Of a DNA stretch of 64,000 nt, positions 26,625-39,809 are shown one piece after another. The number at the start of each line of letters is the position of its first letter. Positions within the stretch are counted from its first letter, which is position 1. The position numbers and the translations under genes were made by a program. The stretch is from Basidiobolus meristosporus CBS 931.73 (taxonomy: Eukaryota > Fungi > Basidiobolomycota): assembly GCA_002104905.1 (NCBI GenBank), contig MCFE01000086.1, positions 114,048-178,047 of the forward strand, in the 5' to 3' direction. The notes below the pieces were generated by a model that was not told where the DNA came from, ran no database searches, and worked only from the letters and a program-made list of their open reading frames with translations.

Positions 26625-28696
26625 TGTCTGGTATGCACGAGTGGTCAGAGAGATGCGGGATAGGAGACTGGTATTTGCGCTTCGGAAGTTAGCAAAATGC
26701 ATATAAAATAGCAGATTGTAGCGAAAAAACAACCAGAGTTCGCAATTTATAGAAATATGAATGATGACGAAGGATTGGAAATAAGGTAAGTTTGTGTCTG
26801 CAAATTCAGTGTCATATGCTCTGGTCACTCTAGGATTCCACACAGTATGATCATTCTCAATTCTGGTGAAACGCCGCTAAACAAGATATAGATTATCGTG
26901 CCCCTCCAAATATGCCAATCTCCATGAACAATTGCATGGGAAATATTCACGCATAGTGAGGGCTGTACACTCACGGTAATTCGATAAAGTCACTTTGTGT
27001 ACGATCTTGATTGGCAACCAAGATAATCAATAGAGCCTCCATATGTTGGCGAATTTTTCTCATCCCCACAAGCTCCTACCTTCACGTAATCGTAGATGAT
27101 GTACGGACCCTCTGTCATGCACATACAAAGTATCCTCGAGTGCATGGCATTTATATCGGTTTAGCAGGAATTTCCATAAGCCTTGCGCGGCACTCAGCTG
27201 TCCGATATCAGTGCCGTGCGAGTCCATATATATCCTTGTGTTATCCACCGGTTAAGACCTGCAGTCATTATGATTTGATGGGAAGGTGGTTATGCCTCTT
27301 TTCAATTTATAGTCTCCTCATGTAACCATAGAGGCATAATCCTTGTTCAACCTATCCTCCCAGAACCCTTTTATGCGATCGATGCAATAAAGATACCACT
27401 GACCTGACTGGGAATTGCCGTGACTTTTGCAACATGGGTAACGTAGATTATCTATATCAATTATCTGTATCGTTGCAGCAAATACCAATGCACCACCAAC
27501 GTATGCGATTCGTGGCTAATGAGAAATTTGATGCTGGCTATTTATTGACCTGGTAAGGTAACTGGCCAACCCATGGCAATAGGAGTAAGATGCAGTCATG
27601 TCAATCAGATCAAACAGAGGAGACGTGGCTAGGAACAACACCTGCGCCTGAAGCCAAAAGTGGTCCAGGCGGGATGGCTTTAGCAATTGGTGTCTTGTTG
27701 GCATTTCGTTTTATTCGATGATACGTACCTCGAGATGTAATTAATGGTGAAATATATCTACCGAATACAGCCTAATGAGGAAGTTCACCACATTCAACCT
27801 CTTGACTTCTTGTCCTTAGTAGGACCACAGCCCCTGCAACTGCACAAATGCTGCAATGTTGATTTGTGAGATGGTTTGCAGTTCAAAACAACCATGATTT
27901 ACCATATTCACAATGATGCCAATTCGTCGCAGAGTCTCGGGCCTTGTTCCGTACCTAAGTACTACTTTGGGTACTCATTATTGGAATGAGAGTTCCACTC
28001 AGGAACAGAGGACTTCATGATGTCCACAGATTGAATTGTGTAGAAAATGCGTGGTACCACGATCTTCACATTACATTCCATCCATTTGCCAAGAGCGCCG
28101 GATGATCCCTTCTTGATTGGATTATTTACCCGGATCTATCAGGATAGTGGCACAAGTGCATGTTCTTGTCGAAACGATGAGGAACTAGACGAGAAAGGCA
28201 CTGGATTCCACTGTTTTCTATGAATTTCACACAGTTCTAAATTTGTTTGTTGAAAGCCTGTCTAGTCCAATTGTCAATAGAATCGCATAAATCAATACAA
28301 ACCGCCTTTGATTACCGATAATCCCATCGAAAAATTCATTAATCCGGAATGCCATCTACAAATTAGAATTATCTCATGTAAGTCTACGGGAGCCAAGGCA
28401 TCTTATTTGACGAAAGCCATCTCTGTGCTTCTTACAGAATACCCACATTTCCAACCCTGCACCAGAGCTCTCTCCACACAATGAACACAGCAGACGCTTG
28501 TTCGTCCATGTGGCGAATTGCAAGATGGTGGCCTTAACGAGGCCCGAAATCAGCGGATGACAATTACCGCAACTCATCTCAAAGTAGCCATATCAACCCA
28601 ATTGGGAAAGAGCCTCTTACATCGTACAATGATTACATAGTCAGTTGATGTTCCCTAAAAATACAATTTCTTTATTACCCTACGACAATACCATTT

Positions 28697-29740
28697 TTAG
28701 CACAGGATATTGTTGCTTAGCTCTCTTGATTCCGGGTCTTTCTTGTGGGGATTCGGACACCCTGTTTGAAGAACTTCATGGACAACTCGGTGGTTTCTAA
28801 ATACGCCGTTCATCAATTGAATGCCAACCCACGGTGTCCCAGGCAGCCGAGATGGGTAGCTTACCTCTCATCCCCGGAAATGTCCTGGCGGAAAAAACCT
28901 TGAAAGGTCGACTGAACACTTGGTCAACACAATTTTCATGACCACTACTCATTGCTCTGTGGATAGGGAAAGGCGTTAATGCGGCCAGTATGCCGTTATA
29001 CGGGTGAAATAGCCTACTTGGAGAGGTCTATGAATGAAAATCGCAGGCAGAAAGTCCCGGTCGTTCTGACCGACAATTCTGGAAACACAAAGTAGACTCC
29101 TTTGTGGCCCTCAGTATCCTGCAGAATGTGGGATGAAGATGTAGTCGTTCCAACTAGATTCCTTACGTAGTTGGGGTCAGAGAGCGCCAGAACCGAGGTG
29201 CGCGGGGTTTGGGACGAGAAAGAAGGTAGCGTAGAGGGATCGACCACTGTGGTGCAGTTGATTTGCTGGTTCTCAGACCAAAGATCAGCATGGACTACAT
29301 AGAACTGTGTAGACGTAAACCTAGATTTTGAAGTGTTTATTAGAAATCTTTGGCTGCAGGATGGTCGTAATTCGAAAACTCACTCATCGCTGTGAGTTCC
29401 ATCCTCATTCAGGATATTGAGCTTGACTATTGGTGGTGGATCTAAGGACCTTTTATCTTTTTCCCCGAACCCACACATACGAGCATGAATCGGATGCTGC
29501 ACTACTTCTAGAGTGTATCTTGGCTCCATAGGTTAGCAAAGCGATTACCAGCCAGCGAGTGCTTCGGAGGATCTTTACCTGGCCATTTAGGCTGTGTGGT
29601 GTGCCTGAATCAAGTGAACGGTGGTGGGCAAGTGGATTCTTGAAGAAGGAGGTGTTCAATTTGAAATGGTATTCATCTATGCTAGTGGCATCAATGAGAT
29701 TAACCGTAGGTTTTATATCAAAATTCCCATTTGAAATCAT
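28697..29740 (-). CDS. Velvet-domain protein (short, multi-exon)
   Basis: Exons YTLEVVQHPIHARMCGFGEKDKRSLDPPPIVKL, RNLVGTTTSSSHILQDTEGHKGVYFVFPELSVRTTGTFCLRFSFIDL and VFSRPFKVFSARTFPGM/ETTELSMKFFKQGVRIPTRK. Confidence 0.85.
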
Positions 29741-32700
29741 ACAAGAACAAGGAGGCCTGGTTACACATATATTCTAGGAAATCAGTTACCATATCATCTA
29801 GCTTATGAGCATTGCTAAGGACGCTCTTTCCAATTTACACCATACCGCATGGGAGAGATTTCTCGTCCTCTGTACACAGCCTTAACTACCGGATATTATT
29901 CTAGTAATCCATTTATTAATACTACATCTTTCAGAAGCCATAGCAATACACTTTGACATTATTAACCAATATGGTCATGGCTCGACGAAAAAGGAAATGA
30001 TCAATTCGATTAATCAACTTCCACTGCATCTCAGGTTAAATGAGGGGTTTCTATTTCTACATTAGAAAGGCACAGGGCCAGGGGCATCTGGAGGGCGTTC
30101 GACGGCAGCTAGAATTCACGACGGCCATTCCCTCAAGAACGCTGCCAGACCGGGCTTTCCACCACAACAATAGGTGAACTTGAACCCACAAACCCACAGA
30201 TCTACAAATCCACCAAATCCCAATCTGGAAAAGGCCAATAGCAACCGGTATTACACAGCGATTCGTGTGAAATTTCAGGGGTTGGGATTTGGCAAGAGAA
30301 CGATAGACTTCCTCTGGAAGGCCTACACCTTGGCCATAGCATTCACTCTAAACCCATCAGATATGATTCCATTTGATATGGATGAGAATGAGACTATCGC
30401 CGACGAACACGATTGGCCACCAGAGATGATGATTAATCTAATTTAATCGGGCATCTCTGGCTACATGCAACATAGATCACGTACAGACAGCGCAGATGCC
30501 CTTTTGGATGACATGGACAAAACTTGATTGGCTTGAAATACTCTCGATTGGATCAAATCAATGGCGTATATTCCTCAATTGGCCCTTGACCTGAAAGGAC
30601 CAAGAATGATCATCTTGTGAATATGCTCTGCTCCCTACGATAGCTCGTCCTAAGCTGATTTGGCATGAATGGGATTCGGGCTTATATAAACGGTCAGCGG
30701 AATCAGGCAGCTTCTTTTCGTCGTTGGCTCGAGGCAAAGCGAATCCACCGTCTGTAACAGCTAGTGCTGGTAGCCATTGGTTACGCTCATTAGATGCATC
30801 AGTGGTCCATTTGACTACCAGATTCTAGCCGAAATCAGGTATGCGATCGCGCACATTGGTGAGAAGCCGGTTTCCCTAGAACAATGATTGCGCAAAAGTG
30901 AATTTGGAAGTCGCTCTCGAGGAGAATGCCTACTATGATTGACAGCAGGGATTTGTGCGGGAATGGCCAGGGATAGCATGCTGTCAAGGTAATTAGCCGT
31001 TCAGATTCACATATGCCTGACATGGATGAAAGGCGTGATCTTCTGGTTGTATGCGGTGCAAAATCTGTACAACCCCCGTATTTGGAATTATTTGTGAGCA
31101 CTACAGTACGCTTGCAGTGTATGACCATCCTTGTTTATATTCTGATGAACTATACATCTCAATTTAGCCAAAATTATTATAACGCCTATGGGCTCGCTTG
31201 GTTCAACAGATTGTAACCTTTTTTGATTGCTTGTTACGTTGTTTAGGGAACGACGACAGATGGTCTGGATGATCCTGTGTCTGATACTCGATGCCTATGG
31301 CATCTCAATTGACTATGCTGGTTGATATAAACTGGACTCCCTATGCATCGTAATAGACGTAATCGACGTAATGGATACTGTAGCCCTGGTGTTCTGGATG
31401 GACAGCGAATCCATGCTATTAAACATATGGGCCAAATCGTCGTTTGATCAAATTTTGTGGGAACACCTAGAAGTCGACATCCACGAATGCTGACATCAAT
31501 CAAAAGTGCTGATAAACCGCCTTGTCCGCTGAATCAAGAATACTTGTGACACCGCAACTGGTTACCTTACGAATAAAAAGTACGCGATGGAGATTGGTGG
31601 CTAAACATTGATGTTCGACATATCTGACATATCAATTACATCAGCCTAAGCGCTTTGAAGTGCTTGATAAGGACTGTGCTGGGAGGATGGGATTTTTAAA
31701 CAGTTTTAGATATCATTCGCCAATCCATGTATAGAATAACCAAGTTAAGGCACCTCACTCTGATTTGGCCCATTCAACGTAGGAAACAATATATCCTTCC
31801 TGGCAATGTCTTCAATGCATCAACTTTGGAATTGAGTGTTCCATTATTCAAAACTATCATGGCAATACTTTCCAGGTCCAATCTTATCCAATTATGATAC
31901 ATAAACTGGCTACATGACTTTTGTTCTGTTGTGGAAGTCAGATGTGAGATATGGTAAGAGCAGTCAATGCTAGAAATGGGGTTGTTCATTGCACAGAAAA
32001 CCTTGCATTGATTAGACCTCTGCTTTTGCCTTCAAAATTCCTTGTCATTAGTTTTCAAGGGCTAGATGGGAACAATGTGTCAGCAAAATGAGGTGCTCTC
32101 AAGGACATCTTGAAAAATGGACTACCATAATCATTGCACTCAGTTTTACATGTGGGGGTTTGTGGGCGTCCCTCATTTCGAATGTGATGAGCTTGTGAAG
32201 ATGGACAAGTAAAAATCCATCCTTACGTCGACATATCAGCTGCTTATCTGAGACAAAGGGATGATGATACCTTGCTAATGATGTGGTACAAAGTTCGCCG
32301 TTTTACCACCACATCAATCCATATAGAAGGGAATGTAATCCCAGCACACGTCGATGTGGCAATTGAGGACACAAGCATCATATATATGGAATGCGCCGTG
32401 GTACACGTGCTATTCTGAGTGTCAATCTGAATCGTTTCTATTTCTGTAGGCAATTTCTATGTTCGCTAAATCTATCAACTTGGAAACGAAATCGTTGTGA
32501 AGAATGCATCATATCACGAAGTGTGGTTAATCCAGTGCGCTTGCCTATCCGACTGGTATCCCTATTCCATCCGAGCCCGAAACATTCAGTGGGTGGTTTC
32601 AGTACTCCAAATCAGGCGGCCTGTTTCAGATGGGAAGGCTGGAGTATCGATCAATAAAATCGATTGGGCACCGCCGAAGATGGGCCCACCAATACAGCTT

Positions 32701-33728
32701 AAAGTGAAAGCTTAATTGTGACGTTGATTTTGTTGTGATCCAACCTCAAGTATCACCTCAATAAACCAATGGATGTTCATTGGCTTTCCCAAATAAATTC
32801 GAGGTACCAATCGAGATGAAAGCGGTGCAAATCAAAGATAGATCACCTTGTGGTTGGCTTAGATCTAGATTGAGCTTTACTCAAAGTAACTGCCTTTCTG
32901 GAGTCTTGAGTAGGGATAAACATTACTTGTAGATCTTTTATGTGCGACCTAGCTAGATGGTGTGTAGTTGCTAAGGCAATTAAAGACCACCGGTACATTA
33001 CGCTATGAATCCCGGGTCAACGTCATATACACGCGTATTGAATGAGGTCTACTCATCTCAAATGCTTGGGTAATCAGTACAGCAACAATCGTGCCAGTAG
33101 TAACCAAAAGAATCGGTATGCCAAGGTCTTGGTAACTGTACGAAAGGGTGGCCATTGGCTTTCTCAAGTATGGAATATCTTTGTAAAATCCTGAGCCTCG
33201 CGGTGTTTTCCACTTCCCCATATTATGAAGTGGTGCCATATTGCGGAATCTAATCTTTAAAGGGCATCTATCCTCACATAATGTGTGATGAAATGTTATC
33301 AGAGATGTAGATACCTTCTCACATGTCTTAAAAATCTATATTGAAGCCACTCAAGGAGCCCGTTCCTGACAGTTATCTTGACGTGGAGCTATTGGTCTGG
33401 TTATCATTGTGATCTTCTTGATCAATGCATATCATAACTGTGATGCGATAATTTCCGTTTAATTCTGATTGGGAAATACTTTCTAAAGGCTGTACATATG
33501 TGAAGCAACTGTAATGGAGGAAAAACGAAGAGATGATGAGGACGATGCTTTCGATCGGACAGTGAACTCTCAATTGCCATGGTAGCGGAGTATATTATAA
33601 CTTATTAAATAGATGGGGGGTTCTGTTGGAGTGGTGAGTCGTAAAGGAAGAATTCTACTTACTAGATAGTGATACAAGAGGATAGCGACTAATTAGCAAT
33701 TGCTTACGAAAGGATGTCTTGGGTGATA

Positions 33729-34614
33729 TCATTTTTTGACGAAGGTGTGTATCCACTTGGTTCTCAAATTACGGGATTCGGGATAATGAATCCGAAGATG
33801 CCTCCGAAGATTGGATTCCACTGAGAATCGTTTGTTGCACCCTTCATATTGGCAGACAAAGGGTCTCTCTCCAGTATGTGAATACATATGAGTTTTGAGC
33901 GTGCTGGGTCTATTGAAATGTTTTTGACAAACACTACATTCGTATTTTCTGCCCAACACTCTGACTCCTTTAGAGTCCTTTAGTTCCTCTCTATCATGCT
34001 GGCCAGTCACCTCTGAATAGCTTTTGTCCAAGGGCTCTCCATCAGACTCGATTGAGGAATCAGTGGTAACAATGTTCATATCATTAGTCCCATCGTATGG
34101 GTCTGGATTCAAGAGGAAGTTAATGTTGCATGGGGAGAAATCACCACGAGGTGTAGAGCCCTCATATTCCTCAGACTCTAGTCGCTCGGTTGAGTCGGTG
34201 TTGAGCATTGATTTGATATTGAGCGCCTTTGACGAATTGAGCTTCGAGTCGGGCGGGTCCTGTATTGATGAACTGTTAAATACACTGTAAGTATAAACCC
34301 TTTAGAAAGTATGAAGAGGCAAATTTAATATCTAACATTCTATCGATGCCAAAAAATAGTTATTACTTTTGGACAGATTCATATGGAGAGTCTCTGGTGG
34401 CGCGGACACCTCCTTGGGCTGTATACGATTTTTTGCTGACTTCCTGGATTGGGCTAGAAGGGCTTCTCTTGCTTTTCGTAAGCAGCTGAGGCGAATTCAT
34501 TGATACGGAGGATGGCGACTTTGTGGAAAGCCGTGGGGGCAGGCTAGAAATGTCTTGGCATCTGCTTTTGATTTTGTCGGGCGAACCATACGGAAAGGCT
34601 CTGTTGTTATTCAT
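33729..34614 (-). CDS. C2H2 zinc-finger transcription factor (two fingers)
   Basis: [54 protein letters not shown] probable Ser-rich first exon lies at 34614-34365. Confidence 0.8.
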
Positions 34615-36038
34615 TCGCTTTGGATTTGATATTGAGGTGATGGTACGGAATGTGTGGAGTTAAAATAGAGTCGTTTTGGTCAACGAAGAACCAGGCAGCA
34701 TACCAAGGTATTACGAGTGATAAGAGGTTAGATGGAGTACCTTTCGGGCGTTTTACCAATATCTTTAAGTATCGAAAGGAAGATCAATACATCTCTAACC
34801 TATATGGCAGATATGCAAAGAATTTGCGAAAGGTTGGACAATTCTATTGAATGAAGAAATATACAAAGTGTTACCGTAGTTATTTGGTAACCAAAATTGG
34901 ATCAGGGAGAAAGTAGATGAATAATCACTATGCTGAAATGCTGAAATCCATTGCTCTCCGATCCCAAAGACTTTATATAGTTTAGGGCTCAAGAAAATGG
35001 CATTCCAATACCCCATTTTAATATGGAATTGACAAACCATTAAGGCCTGGTTTTAAAATAACCGGTAATAATTAAACATCTGCTCTTATAATGGGAAGCG
35101 ATGGAGTTTCAGTTGCCCAACCAGTATTTACTTAAATGTTAATATCAGGGAATCTGGGGTTACTTATCACACACAAGGGATTATGGGTGTGCTCCTCGTT
35201 CTGTTAGATCCTAATCACCTTCCTCACTATACGGGTTCACATCTTAACGCACTGTGCGGATTTCGTAGAACTATCAATAATTGTTGGCGCTTAAGTGTCA
35301 AAGCGCACGTGTAAAGAAGTTGTCTGGGATCAAAAATTTTCGGGTGGTTTTGGGAGTACCCAAGCAACTTTTTCTCTGCTCTGAATCGGAACAAACTTAA
35401 CAATCCGTTTACCTTTTTCACACAGCAATGTTCTAAAGTTACCACTCTGATAGAGGTTTCAAGAGTTGCCTGTTTAGTCAGGTCACAGAATTTTTCCGAA
35501 ATTTAGCCTGATTGACCTGATAGGTCATTTGAGCCTTACGGGAATTGGAATCGAGTGTCAGATCATCCGAGTTGGATGCCCCAATGATCAATCAAATATT
35601 GCCCGGACTTGATCACTTCCATGATCTTCAGGCCCGTAGAAGTCGCCGTCATATATTTACTCTTTTGTATGTTGGTCTTGGTTGAGTACTCCGAACATCA
35701 AGAAAACGATGAGAGTTAATGGTGATTCTCCGAAAACAGAACAAAGGGCTATATGAAAGTCAAGTGAATTGATACTGAGTTTAGAGGGTTGTGGAATGCC
35801 AAAGAGATTCCATTACCATTTTCAATGTCTAGAAATATTGCTATACATTATACTCTGGGTTGCTGATTTTCTGGTAAGGTTATAGTCTATGTCCTCTTGT
35901 TGTGCTGCTTGGGCTACTGCCCCAATCAAATAGTCACATATATATATACTTCGCGTGTGAAATGCAATTTATTAGGTAAAGGCCACTTTCATCATTAGGT
36001 ATTATCAAAATGAGTGTTTGTCAAGGTAGGATGACAAC

Positions 36039-38093
36039 CTAGTTTTTGGCCCATTTGTTGAGCCAAGTAAGGATCTCAGCATGCCAGCGCAGGGAGTTAG
36101 CTGGCTTGCTTACCCAATGAGTCTCATCAGGGAAGTAGAGTAGGCGAGATGGAATGTTTTGTCTTTGCAATGCGGTGAAAGTCGAGAATGACTCGCCATC
36201 AACAATACGGTAATCGTGTGCACCTTGAATAATCAAAGTGGGAGTCTTCCAGTTTTGGACATAGTTGGATGGTGACCATTTTTCGTAGTTCTTACGAGCC
36301 TTAGGATCCCACGGAACGCCACCCATTTCACTTTCTGGGAACCACAATTCATCAGTAGAGTAGTATCCAGATAGCATAGAGAATTTACCATCATGGTTAA
36401 CCAAACACTTGAAGCGATCGGTATGACCGTTGATCCAGTTCATCATGTAGCCACCGTAACTTCCCCCGAGGCCACAGACACGCTTCGAGTCTGCGTAGTT
36501 GTAAGTTTTAAGAACATAGTCCAGGCCGTTCATCAAATCAACATATGGACGTCCACCCCAGCTTTGTTGGACTTCGTCGGTAAACTTCTGACCGTAACCA
36601 GTGGATCCACGTGGATTGATGGCAACGACAACATAACCAGCGGAAGCAAAGATCTCAGGATTCCATCTGCTGCTCCAACTATCCATCCAGGCACCTTGAG
36701 GCCCACCGTGAACAAAGAAAGCTACAGGGTACTTCTTGTTGGGCTTGAATCCGAATGGCTTGAGTAACCATCCATGAACCTTAGTGCCTTCAGCACCCTT
36801 GAACCAGAATTCCTCAGGTCTAGGAAGGTATAAATCGTCTACTTTGGCTTTGTGGAGTTGTGATATTTGTTTGAGGTTAGAGCCGTCAGCCTTCACAGTG
36901 TAGTATTCACTTGGGTGGTTCATGGCACTTTGGGTCAACAGCAAGGTGTCCTTGTTGAGAATTGCTACCGAAGAGGTGCTGTGCTCATTTACAACAGTTC
37001 TAATACGCCCGCTTTTAGTATCAGCTGCAAACACCTTGATCCGGCCGTACTCTTCACTAGGGAGGAAGAGTGTCTTCGAATCTACAGACCAGATGAGCTC
37101 GTTTGGTGTGCGATCCCAGTTTTTGCTGAGGTAGCGAGTTTTCTTGGTTGTGCGGTCTTGAAGAATGATACGTTTGCGATCAGATTCATAACCACGTCTC
37201 TCCATCTGAAGCCATCCTAATGTCTTGCCGTCGGGGGAGTAGGCGGGAGAAGAGGCAGCGGCAAGATTTTTATCGGTGAGAGACTTTGGAGCCTTGCTTC
37301 CGTCAGTAGGAACGACGTAGATGTTGATGTCCGTTTCCCAAGCGTAATCACGTCCAGGTCTCTTGGCACTGAATGCGATCTCCTTACCATCAGGGGAGAT
37401 GTCATAGTCACTGGCACCTCCGAATGGGGGTACGGGTGATTCTAGACCGGTTTTCTTCATTACATTAATTGGAGATGACGTAACAGAGTAGGTAGCGCCA
37501 TTTTTACCCAGTCGAGCAGTAAAAATGTTTTGCTTCTTCTTCGTGACAAAAGCATCCCAATGTCTAACCATCAATTGGTCATATACCAAGGCACTGTCAG
37601 TGCGTTTGCTCTCAGCAGCATCAATTTCAACTGCCTTTTCCATAGAACCATCATCGTAAACAGCTGTGGTGAAGGCCAGGAGCTTGGAGTTGGGATTATA
37701 TTTGATATTACCAATATCAAGGGTGAAGTTCGTGACCTGTACGGGTGTTGCATTTGGCTTCGATACCTCTACAGCCCAAAGTTGGGTTGATTTCGAGCGA
37801 GAAGAAAGGAATCCTACAGTGGCACTGTCCAGCCAAATGGGTTCACTGTCACCAAATTTTCCTGAAGGTGTTAGTGCAGTCACACTATCCTTTGCCAAGT
37901 CAAGGAGCCAGAGGTTTCTGGTACTAGAGTTCTCGGTTATAGAATAGTTTGAGCTAGAAAAGACTGCCCATTTTCCATCTGGGGAAGGCACTGCAGCACC
38001 TGGCTTGGAGATGGCTACGAGATCTTGAGGAGTGATGGGGCGAAGAGCGCTTGCAAGAGGGACTGCAAGTAAACTGAAAAGGCACCACTTCAT
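36039..38093 (-). CDS. DPP5: Secreted dipeptidyl-peptidase 5 (peptidase S9), copy A
   Basis: 684-aa intronless ORF with a signal peptide, PD40/beta-propeller repeats, HGGPQG, nucleophile GGSYGG, DYRI and DETHW (Ser-Asp-His triad). Confidence 0.95.
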   Translation of the reverse strand: MKWCLFSLLAVPLASALRPITPQDLVAISKPGAAVPSPDGKWAVFSSSNYSITENSSTRNLWLLDLAKDSVTALTPSGKFGDSEPIWLDSATVGFLSSRSKSTQLWAVEVSKPNATPVQVTNFTLDIGNIKYNPNSKLLAFTTAVYDDGSMEKAVEIDAAESKRTDSALVYDQLMVRHWDAFVTKKKQNIFTARLGKNGATYSVTSSPINVMKKTGLESPVPPFGGASDYDISPDGKEIAFSAKRPGRDYAWETDINIYVVPTDGSKAPKSLTDKNLAAASSPAYSPDGKTLGWLQMERRGYESDRKRIILQDRTTKKTRYLSKNWDRTPNELIWSVDSKTLFLPSEEYGRIKVFAADTKSGRIRTVVNEHSTSSVAILNKDTLLLTQSAMNHPSEYYTVKADGSNLKQISQLHKAKVDDLYLPRPEEFWFKGAEGTKVHGWLLKPFGFKPNKKYPVAFFVHGGPQGAWMDSWSSRWNPEIFASAGYVVVAINPRGSTGYGQKFTDEVQQSWGGRPYVDLMNGLDYVLKTYNYADSKRVCGLGGSYGGYMMNWINGHTDRFKCLVNHDGKFSMLSGYYSTDELWFPESEMGGVPWDPKARKNYEKWSPSNYVQNWKTPTLIIQGAHDYRIVDGESFSTFTALQRQNIPSRLLYFPDETHWVSKPANSLRWHAEILTWLNKWAKN

Positions 38094-39809
38094 GTTAGTA
38101 ACTGATCAAAAATCTGTTGTCATAATACGAGATGCAGGAATGGTTTAAATACTCCTTGACTTATCCCAGATGCACATGACTCGTGCAGTTATCTGTGTAA
38201 GCTTAACATCTTCAAAGTTGTGTTTGCACAACATGGCTTTGTATAAAATAGAGCGATTCTTAAAGCTGATGATTGAATCCCATCATTCCTGATAGTGGGA
38301 TACGTAATACCAAGGGAATTATTTAGGAAGGATCATCAGTATGCGAGCCTTTGATTCGTAGTGATCAAGATCGCGAAAGATGATCATTGGATTGTATCTG
38401 GGAACAACAATATCGATGGAATATTACGAATACTCAGAATGGCGGTTGGTTTTTGTTAGTTGTAATGGCATTCGATATCATTCCTGAAATCTGGTTCAAG
38501 CACTCTATTGAAACAGTTAACTAAACATATGCGCACAAGGCGCCCGGTTTCTCAGAGTAGTGACGTGATGCAAGGTAAAGTTACAGAAGTGAAATTGATT
38601 TTGAGTGGTTGGTGATTGGGATATAACTTGGTTCACGTGGTATACTAGGTATAATTCGCTCAAGCTGACTTGCAGTGAAGTTCTGGTAAGCGACAAAGAG
38701 AAAATACATTGGTTTTCCCCCAGTCCAAACCTAATCACCTAAAGGTAGAATCATAGATTGGATGATTCATTTCTTGCCACCAATATCCTACATTTCTCAC
38801 AGCAACTGAATTTTGCGTCGCCTGTACGTACTTGGCAAATATCGGCCTCAAATGAGGAATAATGGTGATATGAGCGAAGGTTGGTTTACGCTTGGTGTCA
38901 CAAACTGTTGTACTATAACTTATCAATCCCAGTTAGGGGACTTGGTATTCGGGATATTGTATTGGAGTTCCACAGTTGAGTACAGATTTGTTGAATCTCA
39001 CCGAAAATGTTCTTTAAATAGGTAATTGCCTCATCCTGGAATCCACGAAAGCCCACCTAACCACATACCCAATTTGAGGAGTAGGACTAGGTTACTCAGG
39101 TTGAATGATTAGTATCGATCCTTGATAATTGCCCCGGTGTAAATGTACATGTGAGCGCTTTGCTCTGTTCCACTTGGTATCATAATGTTCTCATGATGGT
39201 GATACATCAACACAGGTGGGAGGATGTGCGAAGCGTTGTAAACAGGTAAGTCGATGTTAGCATCGAGTCCACTAGGGGACAATAATAATAGTTGGGATTG
39301 CCATTCTTGGTGTTATGGCCAATAGTTCGACTCTATCACTGGGAAAGTTCACCAAACGTGAGAAGTGTCATCGGAAAGCAAGACATCTCCATGACGGTGT
39401 AAATCAGCAGACATTGATTTTTGTCTTGCAGATATGGCATTGGTTGACCAGCGTGGTACGAATTGATAATTGATCGTTTTCTGTGAGAAAGGGCATTTGG
39501 CAACATCATGTATATATACTGCTGATAGCTCCTATAAAATGGCAGATGGTTCTAGGTAAACCTTGAGCGTTGTATTAGTGTAATCAAATCCTGAATACTA
39601 TTTGTGTATGCACATTGTGGGTACTTAATTTATATATAAGGTGTGAAGGAACCGATTCAACACTAGGCTAAAAGTATCGTACGGGACCCACCTGAAGTCC
39701 GGGGTGCTGAATCTGTTGAGACCAGTTTACTGAATTCAACAGAGTCGACGAAATCCTACCAACAGATCTATTTATAAACATGGAGCTTTGCAACTATTGG
39801 GGAGAGACG

